64,000 nt of DNA, taken from Mobula hypostoma (lineage: Eukaryota). The notes beneath the pieces are model-generated. The model ran no database searches and was not told the DNA's origin. It saw only the letters and a program-made list of their open reading frames with translations. Positions 14,109 through 26,768 of this stretch are shown here, in pieces (positions within the stretch are counted from its first letter, which is position 1; each line of letters begins with the position of its first letter). The position numbers and the translations under genes were made by a program. Where the stretch lies: NCBI RefSeq assembly GCF_963921235.1, contig NC_086109.1, positions 28,522,001-28,586,000 on the forward strand, given 5' to 3'.

Positions 14109-14854
14109 TTAAAGTAAATTTATTATCAAAGTACATATACTGTATATCACAATATACAACCCCGAGATTCATTTTTCTTCTGGGCATACCTATAAATCTT
14201 TTAATTTAATAACCATAACCATAACAGAATCAATGAAAGACTTCCCAATTTGGGCATTCAACCAGAGTGAAGAAGACAACAAACTACAAATACAAAAAGA
14301 AAGAAAGAATAGTAATAAATAGGAACAGTAATAAATAAATAAACAATAAATATTGAGATGAAGAGACCTTGAAAGTGAGCCCATTGAATCTGGGAACATT
14401 TCAGTGATGGAACAAGTGAAGTTGAGGGAAGTTATCTCCATTGGGTCAAGGCAAATCATGAAGAGATGAGATTCTACAGATGCTAGAAATCCAGAGCAAC
14501 ACAGACACACACACAATGCCAGAGGAGCTCAGCAAGGTGTTGAGGATTAATTTTCCTGGTTTGCTTATGTAACATACAATTTGTGCTATACATATTTTGA
14601 ACTCTGCTTCTGAAACTTGAACCTACTGATTTCAACAGGGCCTATTTCAGAAATGGAGTACAATACACATATGCCAATATCTCATAGACTTAGTACTTAT
14701 AATGTTAGACAAATTTCTATACCCACCTTTGTCACAGAGCTCAATATTCTTCTGTCTTTCATAAAGGCCTTATCTACTTGAAATGTTTTTTAAAATTTCT
14801 ATTTAATCAACACCACCATATTGTTGTTGTTCTATACTACAGACATTTTTTGTG

Positions 14855-15696
14855 CAAACAACAGGAATTCTGCAGATGCTGGAAATTCAACCAACACACA
14901 TAAAAGTTGCTGGTGAACGCAGCAGGCCAGGCAGCATCTCTAGGAAGAGGTGCAGTCGACGTTTCAGGCTGAGACCCTTCGTCAGGACTAACTGAAGGAA
15001 GAGTGAGTAAGGGATTTGAAAGTTGGAGGGGGAGGGGGAGATCCAAAATGATAGGAGAAGACAGGAGGGGGGAGGGATGGAGCCAAGAGCTGGACAGGTG
15101 ATAGGCAAAAGGGATACGAGAGGATCATGGGACAGGAGGTCCGGGAAGAAAGACAAGGGGGGGGGACCCAGAGGATGGGCAAGGGGTATATTCAGAGGGA
15201 CAGAGGGAGAAAAAGGAGAGTGAGAGAAAGAATGTGTGTATAAAAATAAGTAACAGATGTGGTACGAGGGGGAGGTGGGGCATCGGCGGAAGTTAGAGAA
15301 GTCGATGTTCATGCCATCAGGTTGGAGGCTACCCAGATGGAATATAAGGTGTTGTTCCTCCAACCTGAGTGTGGCTTCATCTTTACAGTAGAGGAGGCCG
15401 TGGATAGACATGTCAGAATGGGAATGGGATGTGGAATTAAAATGTGTGGCCACTGGGAGATCCTGCTTTCTCTGGCGGACAGAGCGTAGATGTTCAGCAA
15501 AGCTGTCTCCCAGTCTGTGTCGGGTCTCGCCAATATATAAAAGGTCACATCGGGAGCACCGGACGCAGTATATCAACCCAGTCGACTCACAGGTGAAGTG
15601 TTGCCTCACCTGGAAGGACTGTTTGGGGCCCTGAATGGTGGTAAGGGAGGAAGTGTAAGGGCATGTGTAGCACTTGTTCCGCTTACACGGATAAGT
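14855..15696 (-). mobile_element. Penelope-like element, left inverted arm (GIY-YIG endonuclease, 3' UTR, terminal region)
   Basis: ORF 14887-15729: CKRNKCYTC..FTCESTGLIYCVRCSRCDLLYIGETRHRLGD.FAEH (GIY-YIG with Cys motifs). Confidence 0.92.
14953..14990 (-). ncRNA. Minimal type I hammerhead ribozyme motif (Penelope-associated)
   Basis: Minus strand TAGTC-CTGACGA-AGGGTCTCAGCCT-GAAAC-GTC-GACTG: intact core, stem I UAGUC/GACUG, stem II, palindromic ACGU in place of stem III. Confidence 0.8.
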
Positions 15697-15715
15697 AGCA
15701 CTTGTTCCGCTTACA

Positions 15716-16856
15716 CGTCTTCGCCACATCTGCTCTCAGGATGAGGCTTTTCATTCTAGGACGAGGGAGATGTCTTCCTTTTTTAAAGAAAAGGGCTTCC
15801 CTTCCTCCACTATCAACTCTGCTCTTAAACGCATCTCCCTCGTTTCACGTACATCTGCTCTCACTCCTTCCTCCCGCCACCCCACTAGGAATAGGGTTCC
15901 CCTGGTCCTCACCTACCACCCCACCAGCCTCCGGGTCCAACATATTATTCTCCGTAACTTCCGCCACCTCCAACGGAATCCCACCACTAAGCACATCTTT
16001 CCCTCCCCGCCTCTCTCTGCATTCCGCAGGGATCACTCCCTCCGCAACTCCCTTGTCCATTCGTTCTCCCCATCCCTCCCCACTGATCTCCCTCCTGGCA
16101 CTTATCTGTGTAAACGGAACAAGTGCTACACATGCCCTTACACTTCCTCCCTTACCACCATTCAGGGCCCCAAACAGTCCTTCCAGGTGAGGCAACACTT
16201 CACCTGTGAGTCGACTGGGGTGATATACTGCGTCCAGTGCTCCCGATGTGGCCTTTTATATATTGGCGAGACCCGACGCAGACTGGGAGACCGCTTTGCT
16301 GAACATCTACGCTCTGTCCGCCAGAGAAAGCAGGATCTCCCAGTGGCCAACATTTTAATTCCACATCCCATTCCCATTCTGACATGTCTATCCACGGCCT
16401 CCTCTACTGTAAAGATGAAGCCACACTCAGGTTGGAGGAACAACACCTTATATTCCGTCTGGGTAACCTCCAACCTGATGGCATGAACATCGACTTCTCT
16501 AACTTCCGCTGATGCCCCCCCCTCCCACCCGTACCCCATCTGTTACTTATTTTTATGCACATATTCTTTCTCTCACTCTCCCTTTTCTCTCTCTGTCCCT
16601 CTGAATATACCCCTTGCCCATCCTCTGGGTCCCCCCCCACCTCCTTGTCTTTCTTCCTGGACCTCCTGACCCATGATCCTCTTGTATCCTTTTGCCTATC
16701 ACCTGTCCAGCTCTTGGCTCCATCCCTCCCCTCTCCTGTCTTCTCCTATCATTTTGGATCTCCCCCTCCCCCTCCAACTTTCAAATCCCTTACTCACTCT
16801 TCCTTCATTTAGTCTTGACGAAGGGTCTCGGCCTGAAACGTCGACTGCACCTCTTC
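15716..16856 (+). mobile_element. Penelope-like element, right arm (RT C-terminus, GIY-YIG endonuclease, 3' region)
   Basis: RLRHICSQDEAFHSRTREMSSFFKEKGFP..RVPLVLTYHP..VIYCVQCSRCGLLYIGETRRRLGDRFAEH; frameshift near 16350; hammerhead at 16810-16847 has a core C>T change (TTGACGA). Confidence 0.93.
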
Positions 16857-17319
16857 CTACAGACATTTTTTGTGTATGTTTCCCTCATTTATAACTTTTA
16901 TTCTCCCAAAATATACAAGCTCTTAGTCTCTTTCACTGAAATAAAATCATAAAATGCTGGAGATCCACATAAGGTCTGCAGCAAATATGAAAGAAGAAAG
17001 AGTTAATATTTCATTAATATCTCAGCTCCTTGTCAGAGCTGAGGAAGAGGGAAGTTAGTCTTATGTTGCCTTCCTGTTCTGTTTTAGTGAAAGCGAGGGC
17101 GAGATGGATACGGCAAATAGAATACTCTGATAGAATGAGGCCAAGGCTACTGGTGGGGTTAGGTTGTAGCAGATATCTAGCTAATGGGGTCAGTTAGCAG
17201 GAGGGAAATATTACTCAAGTGAATATGAACAACATGGTCACAGTAAATAGCTTGTCCATATCCAGTACATTTGCTAAACTTGCAAGTTTTAATGATTTAA
17301 TTTGGCTTTTGATGTTTTT

Positions 17320-17650
17320 TTTGTTTCCAATAGTGTGGGGTGGGGGGCGGTTCTAGGATCAGAGGGCACAGCCTCAGAATAGAAAGACATCCTTTTAGAA
17401 CTAAGATGAGGAGAACCAGAGGGTGATGAATCTGTGGATTTCATTACCATCGATGGCTGTGGAGGCCAAGTCATTGGGTATATTTAAAGATGGGGTTATT
17501 AGGTTCTTGATTGGTAAGGGCATCAAAGGGTAGAGCAAAATGCAAGAGGACGGAGTTGAGAGGGATAATAAATCAGACATTATGCAATGGTGGAGTAGAC
17601 TTGATGGGCTGAATGGTTTAATTCTGCTCTTATGTCTTATGGTCTTATGA
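17320..17650 (+). mobile_element. CR1-like LINE 3' fragment
   Basis: tctaggatcagagggcacagcctcagaata..cagagggtgatgaatctgtgg..; tail tcttatgtcttatggtcttatg. Confidence 0.8.
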
Positions 17651-18529
17651 TTTAACCATAGTTTTTCCAACTACCAATAATGCTAAAAAAGGATCGGGAA
17701 AATATCAGGATGGGTACCAGTGCATTTCAAAGTTCTTGCTTTTGTTTAATATGCCATTTAGCCATTTGTAACCAGTTGAAGGATCACTTCATTCGCTGTG
17801 AACATATAAACAAGGTATTCAAGGAAGGAATCGAACACACATTTCTGGAAATGTATTCTATCTTCTCTATTTACTTCCATCTTAACCCAATCAATGGATG
17901 GTTAATTAAATGTTTCTTCAAAAATAATTATTTTGTTTCCACTTACCTTCCTGATCTGGGTCCAGCATTCCGATTCAATATCCTTCCTGCAATTATGTAC
18001 TCAGTAGTACACTTATTATTCAATATTTCAAGATTCATTTGATTTCTTTTTAGCCAATATTGTTATACATCCTAGTTCTCTTGAAAGTACTACAATTTAA
18101 TTATTACCTGCTTGCCTGCCCAATTGAAAAGCAAGCTTTTGTGAGCGTTATAAAATCCACACCTTGTTGTAACATAATTGCCTCTAATTCTCATAGTTTA
18201 TTCCACCCATTGAGTACTGTGGTAGTTAAAACTAGTTTTATTTATTTGTGTTTAAAATTACTACTTCTGTCCTGTCTATGTTTTTATCTGTTTATCTCAG
18301 TTTATTCTCTGCTTGCAGTTCTTCAGAGTTCAAGATACAAAATAGTTTATTGTCATTCTTCAGTAAGCAAGTGTAAAAGAGGATATAATGATTGTTACTC
18401 CGGATCCAGTATAGCATAAAAAACACATTAAACATAAAGAATTCAATAAGAAAAAAATACACAATAAATGTAAATATAAAAGCAATCCTATAAAATACAG
18501 TGTACTGTCTGGTAGAATGCATTATTGGT

Positions 18530-19120
18530 AACTGTCTGGTCTGAAATGCCTCACAGGGTGTCCTCAGCCAGCTTGATTCCATTCAAAGAAAGGCTCTTCG
18601 GAGTATAGGTGGAGATGAAGCCACAGCTCATGAGAAGCTAGCCATCAGTAGCTTACACCAGTGGTCCCCAACCTCCGGGCCGCGGACTGATACGGGGCCG
18701 CGAAGAATGCAGCAGCACAGCAGTAGTCGGAACGCACCCAGCACATCTTTAAGAAAAAGCCGAAATAAACAAGCTCATTAATTAGGTGCTGCCCGGAGGA
18801 CGACAGGTTGCTGCAGCTACTGTTCTATACAAAAGGCACACCAGCCACAGCCCTGCAGACCTTCGCGCCATGCTGCCTTCATCTTATGAGAGACAGCGCA
18901 CCACACGATCAAGTTTATCTATGCCTGCTCATGCTGCTTCTACGCCTGATGCGAGAACCTACACACTGGATAGAAGCTTCCTTCACTGTGTTATCAGAAT
19001 TTGGAACAGCCTTCCAGATGCTGTGGTTGGAAACATCTGCAAAGATGTTCAAACCTTCAAGAGTCGAGTGCACAAACACCTATCATCTCTGGGAGGGAAG
19101 TCACATACTTCTTCATAAGC
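18530..19120 (+). mobile_element. Divergent LINE ORF2 C-terminus (CR1/Jockey-group-like), distinct from the HER1-like copies
   Basis: LSQLDSIQRKALRSIG..SSLH[insert]RQVAAATVLYK.HTSHSPADLRAMLP..TTRSSLS.PAHA..RTYTLDRSFL..IRIWNSLP. Confidence 0.7.
18659..18796 (+). mobile_element. One-ended hAT-like fragment inserted in the LINE
   Basis: Begins cagtggtccccaacct (same terminus type as the MITE at 44395); LINE protein sequence resumes right after it. Confidence 0.6.
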
Positions 19121-19939
19121 TATCATGAAGGGGACCAGAATGGCAATGCTTGGTTGCTGGTAAGTAGGGTTAATACCTGACTTCCAAGAGCACTTGTGAG
19201 TTATGTTCCGGCCTGACTTAGTCCTTAAACTGCTGGAGAACAGAGCGGAAAGAACAGGTGCTGTTTTCTCCCATTAGGGATTAGCTTTTAGTTCCAAGTG
19301 CTCCTGCCTCGTTTTGTCACCCTGCAACCTTATCCTTCAATCTTTTTCAATTATGGAGGGCAGCATGTGTATAAATGTCTCTCTCCAGCAGACTTCATCA
19401 TGATCATCATGACTCCAGTATGTCTACTATTTTTTTAACATTTCTTAATTGTACCTATGATTTTTTTGTGTTCTATCGCTGAGCAGCAGTGAACCATCTG
19501 ATTGGCCTATCAGAGTTTTCTTTGGGAACTAGTTGACTTGATCAGCATTACTGATCTGGCTATTGTTCACGATTGCACTTAATTAAAAAAATGTGGAAGG
19601 GTCTTTAAAGTTCTATAAACTTTGCTTTCACTTCTGTGGGCTACTTTTTCTGGATGAAAGGATATATGACCAACTAATAAATTATTGACATATAATGAAA
19701 AGATTGATCAAAGATTGGCTTAATTTATAACCTAGGAACACCAAGTTTGTGTCAACTAAGGTAGTCCAGCACTGATACCACCGGAATGTATTGGGACAAC
19801 GAGAGAAGAAATTAGTAATAGCAATGAAAGCAACTCACATTGCACCTGCGTTCATTATCCAGCAAAAACTTCTACTGCCTGTATTCTTCTGGGGCAGGAG
19901 GATCCAGCCTCTGTCCTTCCCAATAACAGGGAATGGATT

Positions 19940-20255
19940 GATAAATTGAGGTTGAGTGGGACTACAACCAGGGGAGTAAGGTTAAAGGTGAAAGTTGAAA
20001 AGTTTAAGGGGAATGTGATGGGAAACCTCTTCACTCAGAGGGTTGAGAGAGTGTGGAACAAGCTGCCAGCACAAGTGGTGCATGTCAGCTCAATTTCAAC
20101 AATTAAGAGATGTCTGGTTAGGTACGTAGATGGTAGGGCTGTGAATGGCTATGGTCTAGGTGTAGATCAGTGGGACTAGGCAGTTTAAATGGGTTAGTAT
20201 GGATTAGATAGGCCCAAGGGCTGGTTTACGTGTTGTGCTTTTCTATGATCATATG
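19940..20255 (+). mobile_element. CR1-like LINE 3' fragment
   Basis: ORF 19946: TTRG..LKV..EKFKGN..GNLFTQRVERVWNKLP. Confidence 0.85.
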
Positions 20256-20524
20256 AATAAGTTTGAGAAGAACAATAAATTGCCAGATTTTCTGGAATGT
20301 AAATACTTTACCTCGTTTGAATGGTTATGAACAAAGCATCAATTGTGCCCACAAAGTTCTGAATAAATTTGAACACAGAATCCGAGACATTTATAGAAAG
20401 AGTACATCCTGATCATTATATCTGTGCTAGCTAAACTGGGCTTCACGTAATTCATACTTGCAAGCTTCTGGTCTGAAGCTCTACAGGTTATGGCTCTTTC
20501 ATCATCTGGATTGGGAAAAAAAAA

Positions 20525-21480
20525 CAAACTGCTGGAGGCAAAGGAACAATGGGTATTTTGAGTTGAGACTGCATTAGGACCGACAGCACAGAGGAACTGA
20601 AGTCATTAAAAAAAATAAGAGGCTGGATGACTCAGAAACTAGTAGGGGGTGATAGATGGGACAAAAACAGGGTGGGCTGGGGTTGTGGTGCATGACAGGC
20701 AGATGGAAACATGTGGGGGAGTGTTTTGACAAAGATTGTTAGATGCCAATGTGAAATATAAGATGGGAGAGATTAGGCAGGTGGGGCTAGGTGGGGGAGG
20801 GAAGGGGTAAAGGTAGAGACAGAGGCTGCCAGATGATAGGTTGAAGTGGATAAGGGAGGATTGATGGGAAGGGGCTTGACAAGGTGAACCAGGGGAGAAG
20901 GATGTGGGTGATGGCCAGATGGTATCAGGTTGGGAGGGGGTTGCTGGTGAGGAGATGAAGTGGATGGTGAGGGAATGGGATGGGGTTGGAAAATGAAAAA
21001 GTGTACAAACTGAGAGAGAAATGGGGTGGACAAGGAGGAGTGGGAAAGAAACAAAGAGAGGAGTGAGTTACCTGAAAGTGGAAATGTCAATGTCAATAGC
21101 ATTAGGCTGTAGGCTCCCCAAATTGAATAGAGGAGACCTTTAGTTTACATTTGCCTCACAATGGTAGTGGAGAAGGCTGCAGATAGACAGGTGAATCTAG
21201 GAATGGGAAAGAGAGTAGGAATGACATTTCACTGGAAGCTCACTCTAGGCAGAGCACAGGTGTTCTACAAAACATTCACCATACATGGTCTCACCATTGC
21301 AAAGGAGGCCACTTCACAAGCACTGAATGCAATGGATCAGGTTGGAGGAGGTGCACGTGAATCTCTGCCTTACCTGGAAATGCTGATTGAGTCCCTGGAT
21401 GATATGCGGGAGAAAGGCTGCAGTTCCCATGGTTGAAGGTGAAAACACCTGGAGCAGACTGGTGGGGAGGGCTGAAAAGA
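20525..21480 (-). mobile_element. Old degenerate Penelope-like element
   Basis: Purine-rich 3' UTR on the plus strand and decayed similarity to 15300-15700 (gtggagaaggc..gacagg..ggaatggga; ccttacctggaaa). Confidence 0.6.
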
Positions 21481-23214
21481 CCTAGGAGTCAGGGGGCTAA
21501 CGGTTGCTGTGAAAATCAGAAAGGGGTGGGTGGTGGGGTCAAAAAGCGAAGATGTGACTGGTGGTATGATTTCTATCAACTCCAAAATAGAAACCTTTAT
21601 TTAATAACCTTTAAATCATAAACTGAGCTACATTTACTGTATCTGAGCAACATAGTAGGTTTCGCAGAATTAAATCTCATAAATGTGCATTGCCATTCCT
21701 ATTCCTCTGCAGATTATTAAGGTAATACAAAATAATGCTTTTAGTGTTTGACCTTCTTCTTAAATCTCAAGCGTACAGATTAATCTTTATTTAGCAAAAT
21801 GCTTAAAATGACAAAATAAAATGTTTTTTTTTATGCTTTGAAATAGCCACGGTGACAACAGTGTTGCAGTATACCATAGGTCTCGTACAGCTACATCATG
21901 ATAGCACACCACATGGGGAAACAGGGAATCCACAAGATCTGCATCATTTTGTGGGAAAGTTTCTTAAAGTCAATAGTAAGCACTGTCCCATCTTTACTGA
22001 ATATAAGAATTGGGACATTAGTTTTCATTTTAAGAAAAAGTGAATCCTAGAAATTGCAATGCACAATGTAAGCATGCCATCATTTAAACTGAATTATTCC
22101 CCTCCCCACTGTTTCTTTATTGCTGTTTAGTGCGAGAAACTTACAACTTTTCTGCTGTTGATTTACCCGATCGCACTTTCGCATATAGTCAAGTAGTTGT
22201 GGGCTCAAACATCATGTCAGCACTGGAATGCAAAACTTAAAACTGCTAACTTGATTGTAGTATTCAAATGATCTTCTACCTCTCTGAGGTGATTGCACAA
22301 GGAGTTTAAGTGTAAACGGGCCAAAACATGTCACGCAATTTCATAAATTCTGGGTTTCAATCTTTATTTGTATGGTATATTCATAAATGAAAAAATGCAA
22401 TGGGATTAAGGTTTATTCCAATGATTAACTATATGGACCAAGCCGCTATTTTAAGTTTGAGCAACAAATCAGTTTCTCAGATACTGATCTGTGACTAATC
22501 ATTTAGTCAGTTTGAGACTTCACCACCTAACAGCTGTCAAAATGCAATCTGAGTAACTTAATATTAGTAAATTTTTAAGTGATCTTAAATTCTTTCATTG
22601 ATATAGTTGAGAACTAGTTCTCGAAAGTGCTGCATGAACTAATCAGCATCTGTATTTTTCTTGGAAAATGAATTATTTGTCCATATTAATCATAATTTCT
22701 ATGTAATGTATTAGAAATTCAATAGTACTCAGTCATGCTGTTTGGGACCAAATTCAACAGCAACACACACAAAATTCTTGAGGAACTCAGCAGGTCATGC
22801 AGCATCTATGGAAATGAATAGATAGTTTATATTTTGGGTCAAGGTACTTCTTCAGGACTGAGAAGGAAGGGGAAGATGTCAGAATAAAAAGCTGAGGGGA
22901 GAGGAAAGAGACTGGCTGGGAGCTGATAGGCGTAGTGAGGTGAATGGGACAGGTCAAGGGCTGGAGAAGAAGGAATCTGATAGGGGAGGAAAGTGGACCA
23001 CAGGAGAAAGGAAAGGAGGATATGGTTTTGTCCAGTTATAAATGTTAGTTTTGCAATATTGTTGTGATTACATATTGTAATTCAATTCCAAAATCTGTGC
23101 TCTCTGAAGTCATGTGCCACTGCTATAATGTGTGTGCATAACCTAGGATGAATTTCTTATCTCAGGTTATTGCTGACAATAGATTCTAGTATATGAGAAC
23201 AAAGGAATTGATCT

Positions 23215-23768
23215 GATGAACACATGCATTTTGGTGAGCAGTTTTGGGCCCCAAAACTTAGATAGTAGTTTTTCTAAGAATGGATTTATTGGCATTGGAG
23301 AGGGTCCAGAGAAGGTTCATGAGAATGATCGCATGTATGAGAGAATAACTTATGAGGAGCATTTGATGGCTCTAGGATGTATTCATTGGAGCTTAAAAAA
23401 ATGAGGGGGACTCATTGAACCCTATGGAATATTGGAAGAATGGTTGTGGAGATGACGTTTCCTTCAGTAAGGTGGGTCTAGGACCAGAAGACACACTCTC
23501 AGAATATAAGGGTGTTCCTTTAGAACAGAGAAGAGGAGGAATTTCTTTAGTCAGAATCTGTGGTGAATCTGTTGAATTCATTGTGGGGGCCAAGTCTTTC
23601 GGTATACTTAATGTGGAGGTTGATAGGTTCTTGTTTAAAAAATGTGTCAAAGATTATAGAGAGAAGGCAGGAGAATGTGGATGAAGGAATTATAAATCAG
23701 ACGTGATGGAATGGTGAAGCAGAGTTAATGGGCTGAATGGCCTAATTCTGCTCCTATACCTTATGGTT
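23215..23768 (+). mobile_element. CR1-like LINE 3' fragment
   Basis: LALERVQRRFMRMI..YEEHLMALG; 3' UTR ending ctgctcctataccttatggt. Confidence 0.85.
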
Positions 23769-24169
23769 ACTGCTGACAATAGATTCAAGTATATTAAAAC
23801 AAAGGAAGAATATATGCATTGAAGAGCATAAACCACTGTTGCAGGATTATTGGAACAATCGATGATGACTTGGGGCAGAGCATCTAAATGGTGTAGATAC
23901 TCACGCGTTGACTGAGTTCTACTGCTTGATGACGGAGGTAGGGGCAACCATACTTCAGGTAAGTTTTGAAAAATTTCCTGTTAGATTAGCATCACATCAG
24001 CTGAGCATGATTGCAGACAGAAAAATTTCAAGTAGGTGCTTGGGGAATGGCACTGAGCATGGGCCTGTTATGAACCTGTAGGTCAGGAACACAGCTTGCA
24101 GGCCATCATGAAGCAATGGAAGTTGGAATTCAATTCCTCTCTGCTGCCAAATTTATGTCAAGCGTTCCA

Positions 24170-25400
24170 GAATTTCCCTGTATTGATGCGGTCAAGGACC
24201 TCAGTGTCATTTATTTAAAGTATCTCAAGTCATTAAGGGAGTATGAGAGGATTGGCCTTATGCTCAATGCCTACAGATAGTCCTCTGCCAGCTTGATCCC
24301 AGTGTAGCACATTCCCCTACAGTAATTTTTTTTTTCGATACACTGTAATGATTGTATTATATAATGGTAATTAGTTAATTTTACACATTATGATAGTGAT
24401 ATACTAGCTCCAAAAACTCTGGATTTGGAAATGTTCCCTGCAGATCAATTCAGAGTTTTAATGCAGCCACTTCTTCAGAGCAATTACATGCTAGGACAGA
24501 AAGTAGGCCTCAAGATTGTCGCAGTAAACAAACAATAATTCAAACATCTGGCTACCATTTATGCAGGATCCAGCAGTAGCCTATCCAAGTAGCCTTTTTA
24601 TGAGGAACTGAGTTGAAGATCCAGTCAGTATCTCTCAAGGTGATGATTACAATGTTTTCCTCTAACCATTTACATAATCTTCCTCAATTACAATTCCTTA
24701 ACTTCCATTTGCCCAATGCATGTTTTCTACAAGCTGTAAATTATTTTAATAAACTTAAAATCACTCAGATGTAAGAGTGGATTTTCTGTAAAATTTTGCA
24801 ATTGCTATGTTAGTCATTCACTTCAGTGATTAATCCATCTTAATATGTCTTCAAATGCAAATTATAGCTAAATTGGCACAATATCTACATGACCTTCCTT
24901 TACAGGCAAGTCAAATTATTTCAAAGGGCGTAAAGAAAATCTCTTGCATTTCCGAAGTCAGACTTGCAAAGCAAGCACCCTATTCCGAACTCCAACACAG
25001 CAGTTTACTGAACGGTACATAAACCTATGAACACTACCTCATTATTCATTTAACACACTATTTATCTATTTTTGTAACTTAAAGTAGTTTTATGTCTTGC
25101 ATTGTACTGCTGTCACAAAACAACAAATTTCATGGCATATGTTAATAATAATAAACCTGATTTTAATTCTGATTCCAGGAGGACAGTGATAGGATGTCAA
25201 GACCATTTCCAAAGTTTCCTTAAAATGATGCAATGTTCTCATCAACTGTTTAGAATCCCTGGCTTATGACAACTCAAAGTGGAGAGGGAGCATCCAGGAA
25301 AGCATGAGACATTTTGCATCTCCACGACATCATGAAACCAAGCACAAACAGTGGAAGGAATGTTCAATATACCAGACTGCCCAACCACCCACCTGATCAA
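24170..25400 (+). mobile_element. RTE-clade LINE remnants (two pieces, ~24170-24330 and ~25155-25400)
   Basis: YERIGLMLN at ~24242 and PGGQ..K..LK..N....LESLAYD.SKWRGSI at 25155-25300 resemble RTE ORF motifs. Confidence 0.5.
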
Positions 25401-25659
25401 GTAGATGGCTGTAAAGGTATAATCTAAGTCTGTCCTGCTTATAGGACTTGGACCGCTGATATGGTCCTGTGCTGTCCAATACTGAGTCAGTCAAGTGTCT
25501 AAAGCAACGTGACTATTGTTGTAAGTGTAACAGTCCCAGTTTTGCTACACACAGTGGGATTAAATGAAGAATTGGGTAGGTGATGTGTGATCCAACTCAC
25601 TCCAAACCCAACTACTTTGTTAAAACCAATAAAAAAAATGCTTTATTTTAAGATTAAGC

Positions 25660-25940
25660 ATGAAATAGGCTCGTCTGGCCCTTTGAGCCATGCCACGCAG
25701 CCACTGACTTAACCTCAGCCAGTGGACAATTTTCAATGACCACTGGACAATTTACAATGACCAATTAACCTACTAACTGATACGTCTTTGGACTTTGGAG
25801 GGAAACTGGAGCATCCGGGGGAAACCCATGCGCACACGGGAAGGAATGTGCAAACTCACTTACAGAGGACACTGGAAATGAACTCTGAACTCTGCCGCCC
25901 CGAGCTGTAGTAACTTTGAGCTAACCACTACACTCCTATC
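25660..25940 (-). mobile_element. tRNA-derived V-type/HE1-like SINE
   Basis: Reverse complement of gagtttgcacattccttcccgtgtgcgcatgggtttcccccggatgctccagtttccctccaaagtccaaagac. Confidence 0.75.
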
Positions 25941-26768
25941 GTTGTGGAACTGGCATTTGTGGTCAGGCCTGACCGGGTAGTTAAACTCTGCATCAAGTGG
26001 CACCTGCCCCACCAGTTTTAGTGCCAGTGGATCACACAGAATACTGATTGGCTAGTTTAGAAACAACAAATCTGGGGGTGCAGCTGCCATTCTTCAATCT
26101 CAAAGGGCTGCCTGTGAAGGAAGGGAATCGTTTTTTTTCTCCTAACGGGAGAACGAAGGTAGGACTAAAAATAAAGCTGTCATAAATAACATGTTCAATT
26201 CTGATATTGTTTGAGAGATTCCATTTAGAAAGAAATAGAGATTTTTTAAATTGCTTATGTGCAAGCTTTTAAATGTGGCTAGGTTAGCTCACCCATCTAC
26301 AATGTAAGGAATTTCAAATATGTGTGTATGTGTGTGTGTTCAGGCTTAAATATTCATTGTTCTCTGGTTATTTGAAGCAGGATGGGATTCCCTGAAAGCT
26401 TTGTTCAGTGTGTTAGTGCAGCCCATTTGAATTTGGCATATTCACAAATCGCAATTCAGATAAAAGTGCTGAGTTGTGGATTCAATACATCTTATTTCAA
26501 AGCAGCCATGGAAATGTTCAACATGGCATGGGTTCTGATGGAAATTGTTATTTCAGGAAGTAAGTCCACTAAACGGCCTTATACACACACTTTGTTAGGT
26601 ACACCTGCTTGTTAATGCAAATATCTAATCAGTCGATCATGTGGCAACAACCCAATGTGGAAAAGCATACAAGACCTGGTCACAACCAAGAGAAAATCTG
26701 CAGAGGCAACATACACAAAATGCTGGAAGAACTCAGCAGGCCAGGCAGCATCTGTGGAAAAGAGTAAA

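Noticed and set aside
14887..15729. 280-aa ORF as an intact novel endonuclease gene
   Set aside because: It starts across the inversion junction and reads through a mutated stop (NFR-R versus NFR-stop in the other arm) into 3' UTR; it is a Penelope fragment
20312..20506. Minus-strand exon with a good acceptor (tttcccaatccag)
   Set aside because: All three frames hit stops before the donor at ~20311
22145..22222. Minus-strand exon with donor gtaagt
   Set aside because: Stops in all three frames
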